Assembly (NCBI GenBank): GCA_043825875.1 | Contig: JBDRRF010000084.1 | Span: 19,916-83,915 of the forward strand | Direction: 5' to 3' | DNA length: 64,000 nt | From: Pseudomonadota bacterium | GTDB taxonomy: Bacteria > Desulfobacterota > Desulfobacteria > Desulfobacterales > RPRI01 | Made by a program: the position numbers and the translations under genes | Shown: piece by piece, positions 1-11,000 of the stretch | Layout: every line of letters starts with the position of its first letter | Position numbering within the stretch: the stretch's first letter is position 1 | Notes under the pieces: generated by a model | Seen by the model: the letters and a program-made list of their open reading frames with translations, nothing else | Told to the model about the DNA's origin: nothing | Databases searched by the model: none

Positions 1-1
1 C

Positions 2-622
2 AACTGGTCGGTCAGAGAATTGAAACGACAAATAAACAGCTTATACTATGAAAGATCAGGCCTTTCACTTGATAAAGAAAAACTCTCGGAACTTACCTCT
101 ACCGGGGCACATCAACAGACTCCATTCTTAAATATCAGAGACCCTTATGTGTTTGAGTTTCTCGGTTTGAAATCAAAAGAAGTAATGAGCGAATCACATT
201 TGGAGGATGAACTTCTGGATAAACTGGAAGAATTTCTATTGGAGCTTGGTCATGGATTCTGTTTTGAGGCCCGTCAAAAACGTATTCTTATAGGCAATAC
301 ATATAACTTTATAGACCTGGTTTTTTATCATCGAATATTGAAATGCCATGTGCTGGTGGAACTTAAGCTGGCGGGTTTTAACCATGAGAATATAGGGCAG
401 CTCAATACTTATCTTGCCTGGTATAAAAAAAATGTTATGAGAACAGGAGATAATCCTCCAATCGGTATTTTACTCTGCACGGATAAAGACCACGCGCTTG
501 TCGAGTATGCTCTGGCGGGAATGGATGCCAATTTATTTGTTTCCAAATATCAGCTTGAACTCCCGAAAAAAGAAGAGATGCAGCGCTTTATTGAGGACAA
601 ATTGCGGGAAACAGCTAAATGA
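2..622 (+). CDS. YhcG/DUF1016 PDDEXK nuclease-domain protein (5' end outside window)
   Basis: Frame open from base 2 (NWSVRELKRQI). Motifs RDPYVFEFLG, ELGHGFCFEARQKR, DLVFYHR, VELK, GQLNTY and PIGILLC. Confidence 0.88.
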   Translation, partial: NWSVRELKRQINSLYYERSGLSLDKEKLSELTSTGAHQQTPFLNIRDPYVFEFLGLKSKEVMSESHLEDELLDKLEEFLLELGHGFCFEARQKRILIGNTYNFIDLVFYHRILKCHVLVELKLAGFNHENIGQLNTYLAWYKKNVMRTGDNPPIGILLCTDKDHALVEYALAGMDANLFVSKYQLELPKKEEMQRFIEDKLRETAK

Positions 623-3600
623 AATTTACGGAAGAAAAACTTGAACAAGCAGTAATCGACCTCTTTAAGGCTGAAGGTTATCAACACTTCACCGGTGAGC
701 AAATGCACAAAGAATTACCTGAAGTTCTGCTCCGAGATGATCTCAAACAGTATTTGTTTAACAGATATTGTGCCGAAGAGATTACACAGAATGAAATTAA
801 TTCAATTATAAGAAAGTTAGAACTTTATCCGTCTTCTAATCTATATGAAAGCAATAAGGAGATCATTAGACTTGTTTCAGATGGTTTTCTTCTTAAGCGG
901 GAAGACCGCAGTAAAAAAGACCTTTACATTCAATTGATTGACTTTGGCAGATTAGCAGAAGCACGGGAGCCAAAAGCCGGTGAGGTGCCTACTATTGTAG
1001 CAGAAAAACCTGCCGAATATACTGCAAACTATAATTTATATAAAATCGTAAATCAGCTTGAAATACAGGGCTATGAAAAAAGGATACCGGATGCAATAGT
1101 TTATATTAACGGTTTGCCCTTAGTGGTAATTGAATTTAAAAGCGCAATCAAAGAAAATACAACTATAAAAAATGCTTATGATCAGCTAACGGTCCGTTAT
1201 CGCCGGGATATACCGGAACTGCTTAAATACAATGCTTTTTGTGTTATCAGTGACGGGGTAAACAACAAAGCCGGTTCATTGTTCGCCTCATACAATTTTT
1301 TCTATGCCTGGCGTAAGACAGATGGAAACGAATTAAAAGAAGTAGATGGCATCAATTCCCTATATACGATGGTCAAAGGGATGTTCAATCAAGAGAGATT
1401 GGTTGATATTATACGCAATTTTGTTTTTTTCCCTGATACAGCTAAAGAAGATATGAAAATTGTCTGCCGTTATCCCCAATATTATGCTGCCCGTAAACTG
1501 TTTTACTCTATAAAAAATAATATGAGACCCAAAGGTGAAGGTAAAGGTGGCACCTATTTTGGCGCAACTGGTAGTGGAAAAAGTTTTACCATGCTATATC
1601 TTACACGACTGCTGATGAAGAGCACGCATTTTTCAAGCCCGACTATTGTATTGATAACCGATCGTACCGATTTGGATGATCAACTTTCGGGTCAATTCAC
1701 AAACGCCAAAAAGTTTATTGGTGATGATACAGTAATCAGTGTTGAAAGCCGGGAAGAATTACGAAAATGGCTTCAAAACAGAAACAGCGGTGGAGTTTTT
1801 CTTACTACTATACAAAAATTTACAGAAGATTTAAAACTGCTGACTGATAGAGCAAATGTAATTTGTATTTCTGATGAGGCACATCGCTAACAGCTAAACC
1901 TTGACCAAAAAATCAAATTATCTGCAAATGGGGTAACCAAAACTTATGGCTTTGCCAAATATCTTCATGATTCCCTTCCAAACGCGACTTATGTCGGTTT
2001 TACCGGCACTCCTATAGATGCAACTCTTGATGTTTTTGGTAAAGTAGTTGATGCCTATACAATGAAAGAATCCGTACAGGATAACATTACTGTAAGAATT
2101 GTGTATGAAGGCAGAGCTGCTAAAGTACTTCTTGAAGAGAAAAAACTCAGGGAAATTGAAAAGTATTACAAGCAATGTGCAGAAAAGGGCACAAATGAGT
2201 ATCAAATCGAAGAGAGCAAGAAAGCGGTTACCAGTATGGAGGTCATTCTTGGAGATTCTGATCGTCTCGAAGCGGTTGCCAAAGATTTTGTAGCTCATTA
2301 TGAAGAACGGCTTTCAGAAGGTGCAAGTGTTATCGGGAAAGCGATGTTTGTTTCATCGAACAGACAAATAGCCTATGATTTGTATAAACAAATAATTGCT
2401 ATCCGACCGGAATGGGCAGAGGTAAAAGAATGTGCTGATGGTTTGGAACTCACGAAAAAAGAGCGTAAAGAGATAAAACCAATTGCAAGAATCAAAATGG
2501 TAATGACCCGCAGCAAGGATGATCCTAAAGAGCTATGGAACTTGCTCGGAACTAAAGACCACCGCAAAGAGCTTGACAGACAGTTCAAGAATGCAAAATC
2601 CAATTTTAAGATAGCTGTTATCGTAGATATGTGGCTGACCGGTTTTGATGTACCTTTTCTTGATGCCATCTATATTGACAAGCCCATCCAGCAGCACTCT
2701 CTTATTCAAACCATTTCCCGTGTAAACCGCGTATATGAAGGAAAAGAAGCAGGCCTTGTGGTTGATTACATAGGTATAAAAAGCAATATGAATGTTGCTC
2801 TAAAGAAATACTCACAGGTGGAAGAAGATGATTTTGAGGATATTTCAAAGGCCGTTATTATCGTTAAAGATCAGTTGGACTTAATTGGAAGAATCTTTCA
2901 AAGATTCGATTATAGTTTTTATTTTAATGGCACACCATTGGAGCAGTTAGGCTGTTTAAACAAGGCTGCGGAATATATTCAGTTAACAGAAGAAATGGAA
3001 AAGCGGTTTATGGGAATTGTTAAAAGACTCCGTACCGCTTATAAAATAAGTACTTCAAGCGCAGAAATAACTCAAAAAGAAAGAGACTATATACATTTTT
3101 ATTTAGCAATAGCAGCTATTATTCATAAACTCACCAAGGGCGAGGCTCCGGATACTGCACAAATGAATGAGCGGGTTCGGAAGATGATAAAAGAAGCTCT
3201 CTTAAGCGATGGTGTGGAAGAAGTCTTTAAGCTGGGCGAAAATAAAACTGATAAAGATATTGATATTTTCAGTGATGAATACATGGCAAAGATTGATAAA
3301 ATTAAATTGCCTAATACCAAAATTAAACTCTTGCAGCAGCTTTTAAAAAAGGCAATTGATGAGTTTAAAAAAATAAATAAAGTCAAAGGGATTGATTTTA
3401 CAAAGAAGTTTAAAGCATTGCTGGCTAAGTATAACGAAAGGAAAGAAGATCTGGCATTTGCCAATGATGTACTTGATGATATTGCCGGGAAGTTTGCAGA
3501 TTTATTTAAAGAACTACAGAAAGAGAAAAACTCATTTGAAGAAATGGGGATAAATTTTGAAGAAAAAGCATTCTACGACATATTAAAGAGCGTAGCAGAA

Positions 3601-3840
3601 AAGCACCAATTCGAATACCCACACGAAAAACTAATCAAGTTATCCCAAGCTGTAAAAGTTGTGGTCGATGACAAAGCTAAATACACCGACTGGTTACATA
3701 GAGATGATATTAAAGCAGAATTGAAAGTTGATTTAATCCTAATTCTTGCGGAACATGGTTATCCGCCAGTACCGAAAGATGAGGTTTTTAAAGAAATATT
3801 TGAACAAGCTGAAAATTTTAAGAGATACAGAGATGAATGA
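619..3840 (+). pseudogene. hsdR: Type I restriction enzyme R subunit interrupted by a single in-frame TAA (1888-1890)
   Basis: ORFs 619-1890 and 2062-3840 share a frame. The gap translates DEAHR*QLNLDQ...YVGFTGTPID. Motifs IEFKS, GATGSGKS, DEAHR, GFTGTP, DMWLTGFD and QTISRVNR. Confidence 0.92.
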
Positions 3841-4052
3841 TTTGAGAATATAAGAGTATAATTATTTACACCTTTCTTCTTCCAGCGGTTTAGGTTTAAT
3901 TTGGCAGAAAAAGCTTATTAGATTACTCAACCGTTTCTCCTTTTGAGATATTTTTTACTTATCACATCTGTGTACAAACCTTTGATAAGAAGAAAGTACC
4001 ATACTTCTGAAATCATCCTGTATAGGTTTAGACCGATACTAAGGGGTGTGAG

Positions 4053-4328
4053 GTGTTTCGCCAGATTCTGACTTTACGTACCGAGGTGGAGCAGGCGGTA
4101 TTGGGGCTTGGTAAACGGGCACATATAGCCCGATTGGCCCTGAACCTGTTTTACCGGAAGCCCATTGTCAATGCCGGAGATGTGGAAAAAGCGCTGGAGA
4201 TCACCACACCAACAGACAATGCCCTGATCAAGGCGTTGGTAGAACTGGGCATTTTAGTAGAAATCACCGGCCAGCAACGTTGGCGGTCGTATGCCTTCGA
4301 ACGTTACCTTAGCCTCTTTATAAGTTAA
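4053..4328 (+). pseudogene. C-terminal HTH fragment of a Fic-family protein
   Basis: KPIV...LVELGILVEITGQQRWRSYAFERY resembles the C-terminus of the intact Fic protein at 44576-45751 (RPIA...LENLGIVSELTGRKRNRLFSYSRY). No Fic core is present. Confidence 0.7.
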
Positions 4329-4352
4329 AGATAAGTCGTTATCTTTAACTTA
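4321..4352. repeat. Perfect 14-bp inverted repeat
   Basis: TAAGTTAAAGATAA-gtcg-TTATCTTTAACTTA, overlapping the stop of the Fic fragment. Confidence 0.85.
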
Positions 4353-4374
4353 GGTCTTGGCAAGGTTAAAGACG

Positions 4375-4402
4375 GGGAGCCATAAATGGGGTTATCTTAA
4401 AT
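4375..4402 (+). other. dif-like (XerC/XerD) site candidate
   Basis: GGGAGCCATAA-ATGGGG-TTATCTTAAAT has an 11-6-11 layout. The right arm matches E. coli XerD arm TTATGTTAAAT at 10/11 and the left arm matches GGTGCGCATAA at 7/11. Confidence 0.4.
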
Positions 4403-4563
4403 AAACAAACCGCTGATTTGCCAGGCGGGCTCAGCGGAAGCCTTTGCAGATTCTCCTGCCACTGGCAGAGAACATTTGTATGTATTGATAGGAGCGGGGC
4501 AAAAGTCAAGCTTTAATTTGCCTTTTGGAAACTACTTATAGATTATCCGGAGAATGATCTAAG

Positions 4564-5097
4564 CGTTTTGAGGGAAAAACCGTTGTGCTTAAAGAACAGG
4601 TATCGGCTTTTTTTGAAGTGACTTTGCGTACGATTGAAAATTATTTGGATAAACACAGCGAAGAATTGGCTCAAAACGGGTATGAGGTTCTTAAGGGTAA
4701 TCGTTTAAAAAAACTCAAATTAGCCATTTCCGAGTCCGATGTTCCCGAAACGGATTTCGGGAACATCACAATGGCTCCACAGCTTGGTGTTTTTGATTTC
4801 TGTGCTTTCCTGAATCTTGCCATGTTGATTATAGAAAGCGAACGGGCACGCTTATTACGCCAGATGATTTTAGACATTGTCATAGATATTATCAACCAGC
4901 GAACTGGTTGTGGCACAAAGTATATAAACCAGCGGGACGATGATTTTCTGCTTTCGGCATTCCAGGAGGAAAACTACCGTAAAGAGTTTACTGATGCTCT
5001 GAAAAATTATGTTGATATGGGAAATTTCAAATACCCACTCTATACCGATAAGATATATGTGAGCATTTTCCGGGAAAAGGCTCAGGAATACCGCTAA
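4564..5097 (+). pseudogene. Truncated putative DNA-binding protein of the type found in RM/defence loci
   Basis: Frame reads RFEGKTVVLKEQV...FFEVTLRTIENY... with no good start, and ends abruptly at ...REKAQEYR*. Family assignment is from recall only. Confidence 0.5.
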
Positions 5098-5101
5098 ATA
5101 A

Positions 5102-5971
5102 TCCGAAACACTGTCTCGGATTTTTTATCAAAAAGCCAATTCCGAGAAGCCTTCTCGGAATTCGGACATCACCGGGGAGCATTCTGCTAAATCATTGCCG
5201 AATACTCTGGTAAAATTCGAAATATCCATGGTATTGCCTGAAAAATTGGTTCTAAATTTTAAACTAAGCTGGTCTCATTATGTATGCCTGATAACAATAA
5301 CCAATGAGCATGAACGTGCCTTCTATGAGGTGGAAGCCGCAAATGAAAACTGGTCGTTGCGGGAGTTAAAAAGGCAGATAGATTCCAGCTTGTATGAGCG
5401 TCTATCTCTTAGCAGAGACAAAGAAACGATTCGAAAAATGTCTAAAGAAGGCGTTATAGTAACAAAACCTCGTGATGTTATAAAAGACCCGTATGTGCTG
5501 GAGTTTCTTGGATTGGATGAAAAGACGGTATACTCTGAATCAGATTTGGAGACGGCAATTATTGATAAACTGGAGCATTTTCTCCTGGAGCTTGGCAAGG
5601 GTTTTCTTTTTGAGGCCCGGCAAAAACGCTTTACTTTTGATGAAGATCATTTCTATGTGGATTTGGTATTTTACAACAGATTACTTCGGTCTTATGTGTT
5701 AATTGATCTTAAAATCGGTGAACTTAAGCATCAGGACTTGGGGCAGATGCAAATGTATGTTAATTATTTTGATCGTTACGTAAAGCTTGATGCAGAAAAT
5801 CCCACCATTGGCATTATTTTATGTAAAAAGAAAAAAAATTCTTTAGTCGAAATAACACTGCCGAAAGATGCAAATATTCATGCTTCAGCATATCAGCTAT
5901 ATTTACCAAGTAAAGAAGAGCTTAAAAAGCAGCTTGAACTGGCGGCAAAAGAATTGGAGGCCGGCAAATGA
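5102..5971 (+). pseudogene. Second YhcG/DUF1016 protein, N-terminally truncated
   Basis: The frame upstream of 5195 reads SETLSRIF...SEKPSRNS (typical DUF1016 linker) back to TAA at 5099-5101. Motifs LSWSHY, KDPYVLEFLG and GQMQMY. Confidence 0.75.
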
Positions 5972-6069
5972 AACTGAAATTCAAAAAGCAGGCCTATCAG
6001 ACTCTTGCTGTGGATGCAGTTGTGGATTGTTTCAAAGGACAACAATATCCTTTTTTTACTGCCGTATAG
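5968..6069 (+). pseudogene. N-terminal remnant (33 aa) of a type III restriction Res subunit
   Basis: MKLKFKKQAYQTLAVDAVVDCFKGQ, coupled by ATGA overlap to the yhcG stop. Resembles the N-terminus of type III Res proteins. Confidence 0.6.
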
Positions 6070-6130
6070 TTAGAAAAAATAATGCCTGAAAAAAAGCTAA
6101 TGAATTAAAATTAATGGTTTCCGTTTTGTA

Positions 6131-6502
6131 TCAAGGGCAAGTATATTTTGCACAGGCATCATCGGATTCCCATGCGGTAACACTGGAAACCTTTACTGTA
6201 GGATCATCTAATCTATTTTCAAGCTCCTGTGCGATTCTCATGGCAATGGTTTCTGATGATGGATTAAGGTTTTTGAACCAATCGTGGTCATTTAAAAATG
6301 TATGGTCCAGTTCTGCAATTATTTCGGATACGATTTTTTTTATAATTCCGAAATCTATTATAACCCCTGCATCATTTAATTTTTCTCCTGTTACACATGC
6401 TTCGATCTTCCAGTTATGGCCGTGAAGATTTTCACATTTTTCCGTAACCATTTTTAGCTGATGAGCTGCCGCAAAACTACTTATAACTTTAAGTTCAAAC
6501 AT
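6131..6502 (-). CDS. queD: 6-carboxytetrahydropterin synthase
   Basis: FAAAH, CENLHGHNW, LDHTFLN, PSSE and WES motifs. Confidence 0.93.
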   Translation of the reverse strand: MFELKVISSFAAAHQLKMVTEKCENLHGHNWKIEACVTGEKLNDAGVIIDFGIIKKIVSEIIAELDHTFLNDHDWFKNLNPSSETIAMRIAQELENRLDDPTVKVSSVTAWESDDACAKYTCP

Positions 6503-6518
6503 TTATACTTGATCCTTT

Positions 6519-7634
6519 TTATTTGGAATTACCTGACGATACACTATGCAAAATATTCTTTAGTTTGGTTGAAAACTTACTGGATTCAAGTTCTGCAAAT
6601 TCCTTTAAAAGTGTTTCCTGTTTTTTTGTAAGATTGGTAGGTGTTTTTAAATTCAAAATAATTATAAGATCCCCTCGCACATGGGTTCTTAGATGGGGAA
6701 TACCTTCGCCATGCAAACGTATCACATCTCCGGGCTGAGTTTCTTTGGGGATCTTTATGGTTTTTTTACCGTTTAAAGTAGGAACGGTTATTTTATCACC
6801 AAGAGCAGCCTGCACAAATGATATTGGTATCTTGCAATAAACGTCAAATTCATTTCGCTCAAAAAAATCATGCGGTGAAACCTGTATAAATACATACAGA
6901 TCTCCGCTTGCAGCTCCATATGCGCCTGATTCACCTTCACCAGTAAGGCGCAATCTTGAACCCGAATTAACTCCTGCCGGGATTTTCAAAGATACTTTCT
7001 TATTTATAATCACTTTTCCATTTCCCTGGCATTTGAGACAGGGATGCGTTATTGTTTGCCCGGAACCACTGCAAAAGTGACAAGCTGTCCTTAGTGTAAA
7101 AAAACCCTGGCTTTGTGAAAGTTGTCCTGTTCCATGACAATGGCGGCAGGTTTCAGGTTGCGTGCCGGGTTCACTTCCGCTTCCGGAACATTCAGGGCAT
7201 GTTTCCGCTTTTTCAATAGTTATCTCTTTTTCTATTCCGAAAGCTGCTTCCATAAAACTAAGCGTAACATCATAACGAAGATCGGAACCTCTCTGGGATC
7301 TGCTGCGTGAGCGGCTGTTTCCGCCGAATCCAAAAAAATCTTCAAAAATATCGCCGAAACTGGAAAAGATATCTTCAAACCCGCCGAAACCCGAAAAACC
7401 GGTACCGCTTAATCCCTGATGACCATACTGGTCATAAATAGCTCTTTTTTGCGAATCATGAAGCACCTCATAGGCTTCTGCGGCTTCTTTAAAGTTTTCT
7501 TCAGATTCTTTGTCTCCGGGATTTCTGTCCGGATGATATTTTAAAGCGAGTTTTCGATACGCAGCTTTTAATTCGTTAGAATCAGCATTGCGGTCTATGC
7601 CAAGAATTTCATAGTAATCACGTTTGTTTGCCAT
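6519..7634 (-). CDS. dnaJ: Chaperone DnaJ
   Basis: J domain with HPD, G/F-rich region and four CxxCxGxG repeats. Confidence 0.97.
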   Translation of the reverse strand: MANKRDYYEILGIDRNADSNELKAAYRKLALKYHPDRNPGDKESEENFKEAAEAYEVLHDSQKRAIYDQYGHQGLSGTGFSGFGGFEDIFSSFGDIFEDFFGFGGNSRSRSRSQRGSDLRYDVTLSFMEAAFGIEKEITIEKAETCPECSGSGSEPGTQPETCRHCHGTGQLSQSQGFFTLRTACHFCSGSGQTITHPCLKCQGNGKVIINKKVSLKIPAGVNSGSRLRLTGEGESGAYGAASGDLYVFIQVSPHDFFERNEFDVYCKIPISFVQAALGDKITVPTLNGKKTIKIPKETQPGDVIRLHGEGIPHLRTHVRGDLIIILNLKTPTNLTKKQETLLKEFAELESSKFSTKLKNILHSVSSGNSK

Positions 7635-7851
7635 TTGATATCCAGTTTAAACAGAAATAATTTGATTAAAAAATTTTACCCGAAAAAGCTATATTATTTA
7701 AAAACGGTATAGCAAAACACTTCCTAAAATAATGCCTAAAACAAAGTTGTCAACCATGTAAAAGTTTTGTTAATGCACAAAAAGTATACAAAATTAAAAT
7801 GTCTCACATAAATTTATTAATATCTTTTGCTTACTTATTAATAAACAATTA

Positions 7852-9027
7852 TTACCCCTCAGCATTTGTATTATTCGACAAAACAAGAAATAAAATTATA
7901 CCAAGTATCATAATGCAGGCTCCGAAATAAAATGCGTGCCTTAGTTGCAGCATATCCGCTATCAGGCCTGCCGCAAGTGAGCCTGTAAGCATTCCGAGGC
8001 TGTGAGCTGCGGTTATTAACGAAATCACAGATCCCATACCTCCGGTATCTTTGCCTTTGATTACGGCAAGAGCCATAAGAGCCGGTATCGAAATGCCCCC
8101 TCCTATACCAAAAAGAATGCTTGCAAAAAGACAGTTATTAAAACCCGTTGATCTTCCAAAATAGAGCATGGCAAAGGTTACAATTACCCCTCCTGCCGGT
8201 ACAAGTATTCGTTTATTGAATTTATCGGCAACTATTCCCATGGGTGTGTGCATAATTCCACTGATGAAAACACCCAAAGAAACTAATAATCCTGTATAAA
8301 AGCTTGGCAGAAAAAATTCGATATCCGCTAAAATCGGCAAAAATGCCCATATGATTCCAATTGATGTGGTGTAAGTGAACTGAAAAAGATAAAGTGCTGC
8401 TATATTTTTTTCAAAAATAAGAGATCTCCATTTTGCAGGAGTTTTTCCATAATTTTTTATATTTTCACTGGCAGTAGGAGGCAGATAAAACAGGCATATC
8501 AAAAAAGCTGTGAAAGATAAAAACCCCATGCATAAAAAAGCTGCATTAAGATTGTAGTAATCCTTAACAAATCCTCCGATGATAGGGCCGATGCTTAATC
8601 CTAAGAACATGGACGTGTTAAACATGCCCATAGCAAAGCCTTCTTTCCCTTTAGGTGTAATATCTCCGATATAGGCCTGGCAAACGGGCATAATCAATGC
8701 CGAAGCTATGCCCTGGATAAAACGGATTGTGATAAGAGCCCCTATATTTTTAGAAAATAAAAATCCCACAGATACAATTGAATATGAGACAAGACCTGCG
8801 ATAATAAATGGTTTTCGTCCTTTTTTATCGGATAATCTTCCAAAATACGGAACAAAAAGAGTTCTTGAAAGAGAAAAAACGCCAAATATCAGCCCGATAT
8901 AAATTCCGCTTGCTCCAATATCATGTGCATAAACAGGTAAAAGGGGGGTGACTATCCCAACACCTATTACTGCAGTTAATATTGAAAAAAACAGAATTGA
9001 GAAAATCTTTTTATTTAATTCAAGCAT
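7852..9027 (-). CDS. MFS transporter
   Basis: About 12 hydrophobic segments and MFS motif A (GRLSDKKGRK). ATG at 9027 preferred over TTG at 9093, which lies in a repeat remnant. Confidence 0.88.
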   Translation of the reverse strand: MLELNKKIFSILFFSILTAVIGVGIVTPLLPVYAHDIGASGIYIGLIFGVFSLSRTLFVPYFGRLSDKKGRKPFIIAGLVSYSIVSVGFLFSKNIGALITIRFIQGIASALIMPVCQAYIGDITPKGKEGFAMGMFNTSMFLGLSIGPIIGGFVKDYYNLNAAFLCMGFLSFTAFLICLFYLPPTASENIKNYGKTPAKWRSLIFEKNIAALYLFQFTYTTSIGIIWAFLPILADIEFFLPSFYTGLLVSLGVFISGIMHTPMGIVADKFNKRILVPAGGVIVTFAMLYFGRSTGFNNCLFASILFGIGGGISIPALMALAVIKGKDTGGMGSVISLITAAHSLGMLTGSLAAGLIADMLQLRHAFYFGACIMILGIILFLVLSNNTNAEG

Positions 9028-9057
9028 AATTGACTTTTTACTCGGCGTGATGAAACG

Positions 9058-9126
9058 ACTTGAGTAATTTGAATAACAGGTAATTTTGCTCAAGTTCAGG
9101 GAAGGAAAATTTCAACCGCTGGAACA
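9058..9126 (+). repeat. Truncated element related to the MITE core but with a different end
   Basis: CTCAAGTTCAGGGAAGGAAAATTTCAACCGCTGGAA resembles MITE core GTCAAGCTCAAGGCGGGTGAAAATTTCAACCACAGGAA. Confidence 0.5.
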
Positions 9127-9142
9127 GATTTATTCTTTCATC

Positions 9143-9188
9143 AATAACAATAGCCTTTAGCAATAATATGATAAAGGCTATTGTTATT
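9143..9188 (-). terminator. Hairpin (17-bp arms) downstream of the 9210-10634 gene
   Basis: AATAACAATAGCCTTTA...TAAAGGCTATTGTTATT. Confidence 0.65.
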
Positions 9189-9209
9189 AAATAGTTGTAA
9201 TTCTGTGAA

Positions 9210-10634
9210 TTATAAAACTATATCAATAGTAGGATATATTCCTTTTTGGGCTCCCATCGGGTATGGTTGAATAATATTATAAGCTATGTTCTGACCTTTT
9301 TGGGCATGTCCTCTATATTTACTTCCATCGAAAAACGCTCCGTTAGCTTCAAGAATATGTTCTATCCGGTCACGGAAAGCTTTGACGAACAAGGCTCCGT
9401 TTCCATTAAAATGCATGGCTCCCATTTTAATTTTTCCGTTTGTTGTCGAAAGTTTCTCAAGAGGCATTCCATGATGCTTAAGATCAGCCTTATTACTTAT
9501 ATAACCCCATACAATATAGTCTGAAGGAATAGTAACAGGCTCTTTAAGATCAATAATAGTATGAGGCATTACAATAGAACCTTTTCCTATATTGAGCAAG
9601 CATTCGGGTGTCCCGTGTAAAAAGGAATTAAAACCTACAAAAACTCTTTGGCCAAGATTTGCATTTATAATTTTAGCGCCATGTGCGGTTACATTAAAAC
9701 CCTCAAGTGTGGAATTTATTATATAACAATTTTCCTGAGCGTTTGAACCTTTTCCAAGCAATGCATTTTCAAGATATGCTCTTTGAGCTACAAGTACATT
9801 TTCACTGATTTTGCTTTTACCCTTAAAAACGGAATATTGACTTATTGATGCTCCGGAAGGAACCTGCATTGGTGATTTGCGATGCACTACGTTAAAAACT
9901 TCCTGGAAATCCTCTTTACGGGTTTCAACAAAATCCATGAAAATACCTTGCGGCATTTTACCTGTTTCAAATCTGATATACCGGTTTAGAACATTTTCTT
10001 TAAAGTGGTAACTGAAGTCGAATTCATCGGCCTTTTTTACTAAGATACTTCCCGGTTCAACCCATTGGTGTATCATTTCCCCGACCTGGACATAGGCAAA
10101 CCGGCCTATCACGCAATCATGAAGAGTGGTGAGATCAACCGTTGAAAAAGGGCCTAAAAAACATCCTTCAACCGGAGCGCCGTGAATATTTGCATAAGAA
10201 GTTGAAGCTGTATTCTTTATGATAAATTCTTCCAGATCTTCAGGGTCATGAGAATAGTTATGGACAAGAGTTTTAATTAGAAAGCTGTCGCTGATGGATA
10301 TTTTTTCATCATGATCAAGAGCTATATCAACACCCTCAAAATGAAAGATATCACCTTTTGCCTTTAATTCATCACCTCTTATATCGCTTTTATAAAGCAC
10401 CGAGTTATCAATGGCACATTTTCCCAGAAAATAACTTCCGGCGAGATTTGAGTTGCTGAAATGAAATGAAAGAGGATGGTGGGAAGTTATGCCATAAAAA
10501 GCATAAAATTGAACCAGCTTTTTAATAGGCACTATTTCACGAATATAAGGCGTAACATCAAATGAGCCATGTTCTCTCAAATTGATATTAACTCTGTAGC
10601 TTATCCTTTCTATCAGCTTTTCAAGTTGTTTCAT
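9210..10634 (-). CDS. Hexapeptide-repeat (left-handed beta-helix) transferase / gamma-carbonic-anhydrase-like protein
   Basis: Repeated I/V-G-x beta-helix-like patterns (CVIGRFAYVQ, NIGKGSIVMPH, LGQRVFVGFNS) and several His motifs (ANIHG, TAHG). Confidence 0.55.
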   Translation of the reverse strand: MKQLEKLIERISYRVNINLREHGSFDVTPYIREIVPIKKLVQFYAFYGITSHHPLSFHFSNSNLAGSYFLGKCAIDNSVLYKSDIRGDELKAKGDIFHFEGVDIALDHDEKISISDSFLIKTLVHNYSHDPEDLEEFIIKNTASTSYANIHGAPVEGCFLGPFSTVDLTTLHDCVIGRFAYVQVGEMIHQWVEPGSILVKKADEFDFSYHFKENVLNRYIRFETGKMPQGIFMDFVETRKEDFQEVFNVVHRKSPMQVPSGASISQYSVFKGKSKISENVLVAQRAYLENALLGKGSNAQENCYIINSTLEGFNVTAHGAKIINANLGQRVFVGFNSFLHGTPECLLNIGKGSIVMPHTIIDLKEPVTIPSDYIVWGYISNKADLKHHGMPLEKLSTTNGKIKMGAMHFNGNGALFVKAFRDRIEHILEANGAFFDGSKYRGHAQKGQNIAYNIIQPYPMGAQKGIYPTIDIVL

Positions 10635-11000
10635 AAAATCTTTCCTTATTATTAATTTTTAACAATTAAATAAGTACCTGCATAATTTTCTGTCAGCTTT
10701 GATAAATTGTGCAAACTTATTGAAAAGTTTATTAAGAGTCAACATAAAACATTGCTCTGTCATTGTAAATTTATATTGAAAAAAGCGTTTTCTATTTGAC
10801 TTAGTTTTGTATTACATGTATTGAGAACCCGCCGTGTGTATACGCTGAGGTTATTAAACAGAAGTTTTTGATCGGAATTTGCTGGTTAGACTTTTTACAA
10901 AATTGCAAAGAAAGAGAGTATTAGTTTAACTTAAAACAAATTAAGGCGTTATTTAGTATTAGAATAAGGTAATGGTATTTAAAATTAATTAACGAGGTAG

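Noticed and set aside
1888..1890. Programmed readthrough (Sec/Pyl) in hsdR
   Set aside because: The codon is TAA, not TGA or TAG, and many other genes here use TAA as a normal stop.
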